A stretch of 64,000 bases of DNA from a virus: the IMG/VR virus record IMGVR_UViG_3300032116_000089, positions 1-64,000 of that record; one strand, given 5' to 3'. Positions 21,401 through 29,500 of the stretch are shown one piece after another (position 1 is the first letter of the stretch; each line of letters starts with the position of its first letter). The notes beneath the pieces are model-generated. The model saw only the letters and a program-made list of their open reading frames with translations, was not told where the DNA came from and did not search any database. A program made the translations under genes and the position numbers.

Positions 21401-24400
21401 TTCAATAAGCCAGACGGAAGAGTAAGTGCCTGCTCTAAAATCCAAGAAGATTTGTAATTTTCAAGCGGCCATTCATATCCACTAGGTCTAGCCTGTCTAC
21501 GATATAAAAATACAGTTCCAGCTTCTGTTAATGTAAGAGGTGGAGCAACTCCACTATCATAAAGAACGGGTCTAAATGGAGCGCCGATAGCTAGTAAGTC
21601 ATCTTTGGAAGCTACAGACTTGCCAAACTTGTTTCCGCTACTTTGATAAAAACTGTCTGCTATTATTCTGAATCCATCATGATCTGTTTTTACTTGATCA
21701 GTTTCGTTTTTATTATATTCTACTTCTATAATTTCAGTTGGTATGTCTATTGCTTCGGAAGATCCAGATTTACCAGTTATGTTAATCACATATGGAGTAT
21801 TGGGTGCAAGTCCGGTGTATTTTCTTATTCCATAAAAGTGGCCGCTGTATGGCATTGGATCATATACGATTTGAGAACCGGATGCGTGTCCAAATGATCC
21901 ACTTGGGAAAGATAGATTAGTATAAGTATTCTTTGCCCTAAATATGCCACCATCTACGCAAGAGTCTGGATAATACCACTTAATTCCATGTATATCGATT
22001 ACGGCTTCTGAACATCTATTACTATTATTGGTTGAGCAAGAACCGTAGCATATGATATCAACTCCACGTATATTATCATCAGAGTCTACATAAGCATATT
22101 GATTGTCTTGCGCAGTAATATTTATTCCAACATTGTTATTTGTCCAATTTATAGAAGCACTTCTATTTGCTAGAGATGCTGAAATTGGATAATTTATAGT
22201 TACCAAATTAAGTGTACCGCTATCATATGCTATGTTTGGCTCATAACCATTTATGTACAATAATGTGCTATTATTTATACTATCTCCATAGCCACTGCCA
22301 TATATAAACATTGGCATGGTCGAGGAAGGATAGGCATTATATGATGCCGTTATACCTCTGGTCCTCAATGTTAAACTATTGTCAACAAAACCGGCATTTG
22401 GATCAGTTGCGTGTGAATATAGTATTACGCTGCCACTAGAAGGATAAACAGCTGGAGATATATACAATGGCATATATGTCTCTCTCATAAACTGTCCACT
22501 TACATATAGATTTAATCCTTCTGTACTAACAGAACCAATATTTAAAGTATGTAGATTCAATAAACCGGGGTTAGTATAAAATCCACTGCTATCAATGAAC
22601 AAATTGATATCATCTGGACTTGTAAATCTTTGCCCATCAACATATAATATAAGAGGTTTAGATCCAGAGCAAGACAGTGGTGCAAAAAGATTTAAATATG
22701 CAAATTGTTCATATTTTTCAACATTTGCGAAAAGATTTAATTGATTATTAAATGTATCGTTAACGAATATAGCTTCTTCTAGCCTTACATTTGCGCTATG
22801 TATCTTTATAAGAGAATTAATTGGTCTACCAGATGGATAAATAAGATCATACTGTAAAAACATATCATCAAAATCTTTAGAGAAATATTTTTCTCTAAAT
22901 TCTTTTGTATATGATTCTCTATCAAATACAGCCCATGGTTCAGATACGTCAAATAAGCTATCAAAAGTAAATTTGCTTGTTAACTTTCTAATACATCCAG
23001 AAGGCTCTAAATAATGTGTAGAACGATTAATCAGCCCAAACATTTTGCTCGGTCTATTATCAGACTCTTGATTTTTGGTATATAGACTGACAATTAGTTT
23101 TGGACCAACTTTGCCATCGTCCCAAACAATATCGCTGAACGTGTCGTGTTCAACTATAGTATCAACGCATATTGCATCATCATTAAATTGATATCCCTTT
23201 GGCAATGTTTTGCAAATTCTTGGAGCAATAGCATAAAATCTATCTTGATCTACAGATGGAATATTAGATAAATTGAATCTTAAAAAGTCATTTTCAATTT
23301 GAGTATGATATGCAACGCCCGACAAGTTCACGCTAGATGGTAATGTCAAATTTGTATAAGCGCTATATCCAGATCCATTATGCTTGAGATTAAATGATAA
23401 GAAATCATCTCCATTCTTCTTCTTAAAGAAGTCAAAATCTGGTGAAAATTGACATATTTTGTATGCCCCCAAATGCCATAAGTCAATGTCATCATCAATG
23501 TAAGAGTATTGATCAGATCTTATATTAGTAATAGAAGTATTGTTAAAATGCATTCTATGCGAATCAAAAAATGATCGCGCGCTGGTTTGCTTAAGAAACT
23601 TATTTAAGTTAGTGCTTTCAATAATATTACACTTACCATTAGAAGCACCAACCTCATGCAAAAATAATGGTAAAGGATTTTGAGCATTATAAACTTGAGA
23701 ATATCCTATAGCTAGTGCTGGAGATCCAGACAAAATGTATGTTGTTATTGTTGATGAGGTTGAACGTAAGTTGTTGAATCCAGATACTAATTCATTATCT
23801 GTATAAAGTTTATATGTGTAATTACCATCATCATTATAAGTAATCAAAATCGACAATGGAAATTGATATTGTGATATTAATATACTATCAGACAAGGTTA
23901 CTATGGTATCATCATCTTTTCGAACTTTTAGTTTTAAAGTGCCATCTTCGCAGATTAGTGCAAGTGAATACTTAGTGCTGTTTTCATATGAAAATATTAA
24001 ACAGTTGTTAAGATCATTAGTAGATACTTTGTCTGGAGTAAATCTTAAAAATAAAGCAAAGCCTAGTGGATTATCTGGATTATCATAATCATCAAAAGAA
24101 TCGTTGTCAAGAACATACATCGTAAGTTCGTTGGTCGATGAAATTCTAGCCGCTCTATCAAAAGCATCAAATATATTATTTTTCCATACTATTGATTTAT
24201 AATCTGTTGTAATATCATTAAATAATTGATTTGAAGAATATCTCCAACCAAAATTTTCAAGAATGTCAAAACTAGATGACGCTTGACCAGCATAATCTCC
24301 ATTAGTATCAAAAATATCTACCCCATCAGTGTTGTGAAAATCGACATACGAAGATAAAAATGGATTCAGAGCAGTTTTATGATTAAAAGAATAATCAAAT

Positions 24401-26574
24401 GTTAATGGATTAAAATCTCCACCAGATAGCACATTACCATCTACACCCCTCCATCTTCGACTGTAATTAGATTTAATGTAGTTAGGAGTTGTAAGTCCAG
24501 TAACTATACCGCTTAATGGAATATTAGTGTTTATTTGATTTCCACCAACATTAGTAGATGGAAGTAATTTAATTTTTTTGTTAACCGCTGACTTATTGGC
24601 TGGACTTCCTAGAGTATGCATCATCATTGCATTCGATGGTTTATAATATATAACCATCTTGATATTTGCTATAGATGCTCCACTTGGTATTGGAGAAATA
24701 TCTATATAAAGATGCTCAAAAAAAGAACTGACAGAATATTTAGTAAATCCTAAAACATTTAGATTTTGATATATATCTAGTGGTATCGTATATTCTTTGA
24801 ATGATGTACTATCTACTAATATAGAGTCTTCTATAATGTAGTGATCACCAAGCCTTGATGTATCTCTATTATAATATTCTGATTGATCTGAAAGACTTGT
24901 GCTAGATAAGCCAAATGTATTAAAACTGAATCCGGATACGTTTGGAACATTATTACTATCAAATATCAATGATCCACTATTTTGTAGGAATCCGCCAACA
25001 GGACTTGTGATATTTAACAGTTTGTCATCACTATAACCTACTACGTCTATAGCATAGTCTGGATTGCTGGAGTGTTTTTTAGCTATAATTTTTAGTTCTA
25101 TTGAGTCTATGTCAAAAAAGTGATCGTTATATGGATAATTTGTTAGTTCTGCATTGTCGAAGTCGCTATTCCCGCCAAACGCGAAAGCGCCATTTATATA
25201 TTGATCGCTTGAGTCTCTTTCTGGTTTAGTATCAAATTTAAGTATTAATCTGCCGCTATCTTGTACTGGAGAAGTATTTAACAGTGTAATGTAATCACTA
25301 GTTTTGTCGTTTCTAATTTTCTGCAATAAATAAACAGCGCCAGAATTAGATATGTTTGTATATTCAGTATCATCAACGGTTGTTTTCCAGATACTGTTGG
25401 ACTCTGGATATATGCCATTATTATATGTGTTGTTAAATATTGTATTTGGTAACAGAGTTCTAACAACTCTTTCAGATTTATCTCTTACTTTAGAATAAAA
25501 ATTAAGATAATTATTCTTCAATACGCCGACACCGCCGCTATTGCCTATTTCTATTGCAGAAATGCGAAGACCATTAAATAAGTTTGGATTGTCTACGTTG
25601 GTGTATATTCCGCTTACACAAGTGTATTCATAGCCAAAGTTGAACTTAGTATCAAATGGTCGATTGTTACAAGTATAGGATAAGCTAAGAGATAAAGTAT
25701 ATGGTTGATTTTCTAAGAATAAGGGGCCACCAGAATCCATATATGGAAATCCAGATTCCCAAGATGGCTTGTTTACATTGTTTACAACAGGTTGAGAGAT
25801 ATAAGTTGTAAAATTATTATCACCTTTTATTTGAATATCTTCATATTGTATAATCAAATTACCACTTGGATCCTCAAGCTTAATATCATAAATGCCATAC
25901 TGTTGTGGGATGCGTAATACATAATCATCAAATGGTGCAGATGCCCTCAAAGCTAAGTAACTTAATTTTGGATTAGCTAGTGGATAAGATACGCGAAATT
26001 TATACTCTAGATCGCCAGAACTAAAGACTTGATTTGGAAATATGACAGATTGATTATCGTCAGAAAGCAATTTGCCATCTGTATTGTTATCGGTATAGTT
26101 ATTCGAAAAAACACCCTCATCTAATTTTTGATATGCTGGAGAAGATGTGATTTGAATATTGTTGCTAGTAATCTTATTTGTAAATGATACATCACCTATT
26201 GGATATAGTTTTGACGAAGCTCTAAAGCTTGGCTTGTGTCCAGCAAACTTATCAGTAAACGTATTCTTAAAATTAGAAGACGATGATAATCTAGAATTGA
26301 CTCTAAATTCTATATTCGAATAGCCACGAATATCGCCAACAGCCATATCCTTCAATTCTTCAGACGGTGCAAAGTCCATATTTTCATTGGCAAGCAATCT
26401 AGATGATCCAGACACAAAAGAAAAAACATTTCTGTATATTGACTCTTTTGTGAGCAATTTAGATACAGAAGATATTCTATTAGGCAGTCCGTGATTGATT
26501 GCGGCAGTTGCCAACAGTCTGGAATTTCCAGATAGATATTCTCTATTATTAGTGCTACAGGATATAGAACTCAT
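15481..26574 (-). CDS. giant 3697-aa tail-tip adhesin-like protein with a LamG-like domain and seven FG-GAP repeats
   Basis: Directly follows the tape measure. FG-GAP blades start KFGKSVA, QFGHSLD, RFGHAVS, RLGYSVD, LFGYAVC, QFGHDID and RFGKTIY, mostly with GAP and GxVYxF partners. ConA/LamG-like segment near 23620-24070. Confidence 0.7.
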   Translation of the reverse strand: MSSISCSTNNREYLSGNSRLLATAAINHGLPNRISSVSKLLTKESIYRNVFSFVSGSSRLLANENMDFAPSEELKDMAVGDIRGYSNIEFRVNSRLSSSSNFKNTFTDKFAGHKPSFRASSKLYPIGDVSFTNKITSNNIQITSSPAYQKLDEGVFSNNYTDNNTDGKLLSDDNQSVIFPNQVFSSGDLEYKFRVSYPLANPKLSYLALRASAPFDDYVLRIPQQYGIYDIKLEDPSGNLIIQYEDIQIKGDNNFTTYISQPVVNNVNKPSWESGFPYMDSGGPLFLENQPYTLSLSLSYTCNNRPFDTKFNFGYEYTCVSGIYTNVDNPNLFNGLRISAIEIGNSGGVGVLKNNYLNFYSKVRDKSERVVRTLLPNTIFNNTYNNGIYPESNSIWKTTVDDTEYTNISNSGAVYLLQKIRNDKTSDYITLLNTSPVQDSGRLILKFDTKPERDSSDQYINGAFAFGGNSDFDNAELTNYPYNDHFFDIDSIELKIIAKKHSSNPDYAIDVVGYSDDKLLNITSPVGGFLQNSGSLIFDSNNVPNVSGFSFNTFGLSSTSLSDQSEYYNRDTSRLGDHYIIEDSILVDSTSFKEYTIPLDIYQNLNVLGFTKYSVSSFFEHLYIDISPIPSGASIANIKMVIYYKPSNAMMMHTLGSPANKSAVNKKIKLLPSTNVGGNQINTNIPLSGIVTGLTTPNYIKSNYSRRWRGVDGNVLSGGDFNPLTFDYSFNHKTALNPFLSSYVDFHNTDGVDIFDTNGDYAGQASSSFDILENFGWRYSSNQLFNDITTDYKSIVWKNNIFDAFDRAARISSTNELTMYVLDNDSFDDYDNPDNPLGFALFLRFTPDKVSTNDLNNCLIFSYENSTKYSLALICEDGTLKLKVRKDDDTIVTLSDSILISQYQFPLSILITYNDDGNYTYKLYTDNELVSGFNNLRSTSSTITTYILSGSPALAIGYSQVYNAQNPLPLFLHEVGASNGKCNIIESTNLNKFLKQTSARSFFDSHRMHFNNTSITNIRSDQYSYIDDDIDLWHLGAYKICQFSPDFDFFKKKNGDDFLSFNLKHNGSGYSAYTNLTLPSSVNLSGVAYHTQIENDFLRFNLSNIPSVDQDRFYAIAPRICKTLPKGYQFNDDAICVDTIVEHDTFSDIVWDDGKVGPKLIVSLYTKNQESDNRPSKMFGLINRSTHYLEPSGCIRKLTSKFTFDSLFDVSEPWAVFDRESYTKEFREKYFSKDFDDMFLQYDLIYPSGRPINSLIKIHSANVRLEEAIFVNDTFNNQLNLFANVEKYEQFAYLNLFAPLSCSGSKPLILYVDGQRFTSPDDINLFIDSSGFYTNPGLLNLHTLNIGSVSTEGLNLYVSGQFMRETYMPLYISPAVYPSSGSVILYSHATDPNAGFVDNSLTLRTRGITASYNAYPSSTMPMFIYGSGYGDSINNSTLLYINGYEPNIAYDSGTLNLVTINYPISASLANRSASINWTNNNVGINITAQDNQYAYVDSDDNIRGVDIICYGSCSTNNSNRCSEAVIDIHGIKWYYPDSCVDGGIFRAKNTYTNLSFPSGSFGHASGSQIVYDPMPYSGHFYGIRKYTGLAPNTPYVINITGKSGSSEAIDIPTEIIEVEYNKNETDQVKTDHDGFRIIADSFYQSSGNKFGKSVASKDDLLAIGAPFRPVLYDSGVAPPLTLTEAGTVFLYRRQARPSGYEWPLENYKSSWILEQALTLPSGLLKDYSTAKEVKYKDLPFNPIMTTWYVGQEGRQFGHSLDLAVNHNKKSVGEDSQQTLVVGGPSAKWTPRLFDNGDPSGVNIGLMIFSDEFKHEIPVVINKSVVILTYRDVLEAVADKDLLFRYFSDPRIKFDLRLMICPPKANNQELSQTYFPEKPDFIALRDISRNVGYPVSREIIDNSVSGMKATFFESFPYDESKLNNNIPPVLGICIDNSVSLGRESLEPAIDEFINFYKSYSFASGLVDSFGVRSSGLVVEYLSDGDANWIEMSKSLLSEVLDTGKMIQEDRFRFFTNKVGIFNTTLSEFNVPPESGGKVYIFEKESGSWNLIQEIRSENVTYTTPDRFGHAVSISDDGEVVVIGSPYTTQAVNIYERKDDQRDLYYSLLAGWVESNYYDKYKTAVTKYRERPSLEAAYALYIQLDPEHKFKSRVDLNIQEYQKIHTFGYERMQPIGSWTFIPQEFAPTSRLGYSVDTNEDGSIVVAGAPTDSLNFYNDADVYHVKGGTKFQTLYSDPNELIPSVIDPAWSAAVNAGSVHVFQSRKYFPHNRAVEIGRFGNLHELSSDNTLDSGHFGYLSQIFSDKNFTKTEFTDSKIPTDAGLAFIITPSADAISISNEVFDNIARWLALGDRNLVLVANDPIWERNGLYAKSNDILNKLLERLQSRMRIVPARNQYESLPNGYTDFNNVIPSMIPQGATSTFTNRMPLKASGVADIKIYFQYEEEHMPCEEKVLCDPEGEKEQIQTRCEMPLKNYGDLRAGWNDYCCKPTARGFATVIYKKNWPFIFGSFVPDCGPNPPPPKPTKNQEPIPLLAAAEKVIQEIIYPEVPAQFRRDRKFNIIYENTTYYELGDQQDENLVFAWSADHDMYDSIEYNITSNLTSEPFFTPDEGGVLQARGISKIDITPYISKKTVSDKTYFGVEHQYPSNKTSSVSVLASTFTESEACLLLEDENISFYVNLVSSSKTQRGQSVIAQLGGWTNRPSFAAGYDKSILRSIFLNNRNGVDENVLTESLDGRYNVAWVAAINSQPSNYELLLLKNWLNIGNKKLVITCDGSLESVQQAQILCNKLGIDIQPVYLSHLNKYQKSKIYYFRIDRDHQVGGRFFNDPRYYIDEFYLPFQTPAECYPLALSEGGIGFALSDEVIYDEIPKENIDTLWSMNAGIVRLTVPTQAGSGYKLFITTSADTPSEIGSLKFNIAQASVAPSFPVNGANGSYSIPELDTNGQIYDSLPIVTAFFGEDSQSSATKTIKFQNASNESFNEIYISCAIPRVHSGTDIIPRSIKLVGISGVLIPILTKVSSTPIAIPTDEFDIVQVSDKQEERKEYVDVIRPISTDNTKYCSDRCMFLGNQLIDDGPVVAAQEIEILSPFDAGYARSRITVITDSSMIQGRYVVDNNGVIPQETYSFIRSLYPETTFTSDNSGRQFDVYNKLISPERGSPSKYYLNSSLSGINRNFGGSGTVTASIINKYESQYLPQYISKRPDLPWEGEKDEKVIARIRNEYISGFYYEQFNHASTARFSGIIDGVRYTDAPIGGGLPQLLKDKGYDYLDLDHFVSGYPGDLFGYAVCVHKDKIMAGSPFSAFSSETITPWDSGVSLHLGNDGGAGAVYMFERSGNLLWQYSKKFRPESLMGQLSGVNSYSDQFGHDIDIKNDTIIIGAPNHKFDTFYENVFDSGAFARKNFNGQFDIPQRNIFDLGISGNRLLLETSGINADKAGAIYLYENKVIDWENKTRSWSLVEKFVSESPNSSGERFGKTIYLSRPYRSDADYTVFAGVDNASGNNILNLGAVYAKDIMLKRQNPSLPNSGSWINARLFGTRDIYGEPTIVLNFTNSGNNKPYYSSGIIIPNSRGEIFLEVSGQDPSIRGFIAHRPYIESVLGYYQYGVLLDSVMSLYIDGKNLEPSSQLPLIMNAENSAYVYNTIGLYNGGVSGISDSLPSGLYLFNQSESGVSLSSSLTLTTSGTWNSSDALNLRVRGK

Positions 26575-26575
26575 A

Positions 26576-29500
26576 TTATACTATTCCGCCATCTGTTCGT
26601 TTTAGTCTTCCGCCGTCTACAACCTTAAACTGATTTTCAATAAGTCCAAATAGTTCCTGTTTTACTTGACCGGTAAGAGCCTTTAACAATCCGCCGTCAT
26701 TTAAATTAATACTTACGCTAGTAGAATCTAACTTAATACTTATCTTTGTATCTCTGAGTGATTGAACATTTTCTGATAATACTCTATTGAAGTTTTCTAA
26801 AGCTGCAACAAAATTTGTCATTCCTTGACTTGGTGCTTCTGGGCTTGAACTTCCTTCTTGGCGATATCTTACCATTCCTCCTCTAGCCATCATGGCGGCA
26901 CCACCATCACTATTAGATACACCAGCGCCGCCGTTCATAGCTTGTAAAATTTGTAAATTATTACCACGCTGAACTGCACCCCTATTCACCACAAATTCAC
27001 CGGGAGTCAACATGGCTGGTACGGTATCTGTGCCGCGAGGCACAAAAATACCTCTATTTGCGTATATTAAACCACCACGGGCTTTAGCGACAGCTGGCAT
27101 ATTTTCAGCCCTATTAGCTTTTTCGGCTGCTTTGTTGCCTCTTTCTAAGACTTCGTTAAATTTTAATTGAGCGCTATTCACATTTATGGTGGCTGTTTGA
27201 ACTTGCATTTCTGCCATTTCTGCTCCAAGTTCTCCAGTTTCTCCGAGCATACCGCCCAATTCACGTAGTCTAGCTTTACTAGCTTCTTCTTCAGCCGTAG
27301 TACCGGCCATAACCTGTGCTGCTCTCATATCTGTTACGCCTCTGGCTGATAATGCAGCACTAGAAGCGGCCTCAGTTAATCCGCCAGCCCCAGCCAATCG
27401 TTGACCATATAAAGTTTGAACTCCAGCATCTTGTTGACGTTTAATGTCTAGGGCGGCAGTTCCCAATGCTTCTGCTCCGTATTGATTCATTAATCTTTGA
27501 TCACCACTAGCGATAGCGGCTGTAGCGCCAACTGCGGATTGCTGTTTAAAGAATGCTTCCACATCGCCCTTGACTAACGACTCCATAGAATCTTTTTCAA
27601 GTTTATTCTTTTCTTCTGTTATCTTTAGTTGTTCTTCCTCTAATTTAATTAGCCCCCTAATAGTATCAATTTGTGTTTTATATGCTTTTTGTAAATCTTT
27701 TTGTGTTTCATCAGCAGTAACTCCAGCGGTTCCAGCCATACCACCTTGAGATGTTCTTTGAGATTCAATTTGCGAAAACCTTCCGCGAATTTCTGCATTT
27801 CTGCGTCTTAATTCACCAGCATCACCAGTTCGCATAGATGTCAAGCCAAGCCTAGAAGCTTCTACGTTAGATTTAGCTAATAAATTTCCTCTCTTTTCTT
27901 GCATACTAACAGCTTGGCCGCCATACTTAGCTTGTATTTCTCTACCTTCCGACAGTAAATCTATCGCCTCTTGTTGTGCTGCTACAAGATTTCTTTCAGC
28001 ATCAATTCGTTTCTTAGTAAACTCAGTAAGAACCTGTTCAGCTTTTGCTCTTTCTTGAGCAATTTTCTGAATAGGTTCAAACATTTTCTTTTGTTCTTCT
28101 GTCAACTTATCTCCAAAAGCGCTCAAGTCTCCAGCAATTATTTTATCTATATCAGAATCCTCTAAGTTCATATTCTTAACAACTTTTGTGAGGTTTTCTC
28201 TAGCTTCGTCAGATACTCCCGGCCCCAAACCGCTAGCAAGTTCTTCCGCCATTCTTTTCTTTATCTCATCAGAACTTAGATCTTTGAAATCAGCTTCTTT
28301 CATAGAATTTTTGACATTTTCAAATGCTTGATTGTAATTGGCTTGAGCTTGAGTAAATGCGGCTACATTTCCTTCAAACTTAGCAACCATTTGTGGAGAT
28401 ACTCCCATGCCTCGTAAATTATTAGCAACATTTTGTGCGGCATCTCTTATCTCGTCTGGATTCATAGCTTGTGCAGCGCTACTAATAGATTCCTGTAAAA
28501 ATTCAACATCGCTGACAAAAGTAGATCCACCAACTTCTAATCCAGCGGTAAATCTAGACATACTAGCAGAGAGTGCAGAAGCCGTTGCGTCAGCTGATCT
28601 AAGCCCTAAATTCATAGCTTGAAAAGATTCTTTCGCACGTTTTACTTCTTTTTCAATATTCTTGATTTCTTCATTGACTTGATCCAACTGTTCTGCCATT
28701 TGTGCTGCTGCCGACCTAGCGGCTTCAGCACCCTTCTTATCGCCAGCAAGATCCAAATCTGATCCCAAGACCCTCAATTCAGATATTCTACTTTGAAGAT
28801 CTCCGGTAGCTTCTTTTCTAATATCTTCTGTTTTGCCGCCTCTAACAATTCGCGATCTAATAGCAGCTTGTCTAGCTGGACTTTCTATATTAAATGCTTC
28901 TGCTTGCTGTTTTGCTGAAGAATTTATTTGTTCAACATTTTCTTTACTAAGTCTTTCATTTCTTACAGATGAGCTTTCTCCTAATAAGCCTCCCAGTGTA
29001 TAAACATCTCTTAGTGCGCCTTCTCCACCAAGTAATCCTGCTATTTGACCTATTGGTCCAGCAAAAGATCCTTTAGCGGCAGAACCTAAACTGCCAGCTA
29101 CAGAACCCCCAGACAACAACCCATTATATTGAGATCTATTTTTTAAATTTTCACGAACAAAGTCAGTTGTTCTTTTTTCTTGCTTTGACACTTCAGCGGT
29201 TTTGGATCTTATTCTGGACAATGCTTCTGATGCAGTTATACTTCCATTGCTAAAGTCATTCATAGCGGAAGTTGCTGTTTTTTGCGCTTGTTCTAGAGCC
29301 TTTTGAGTTTTTACTGCTCCAGCCTGTGCTGCGGCTAAAGCAACAGCACTGTCATATGTAGCACCACCAAACAGAGTTCCAATACCGGCTAAAAATCTGT
29401 CTCCAGCTTCACCAAATATACCAGATATTGCACCTGTCACTAGAGTAGCTACACCAGCACCTAGTGCGGCACCTATGGCTGCACCAATTGGTCCACCAAG

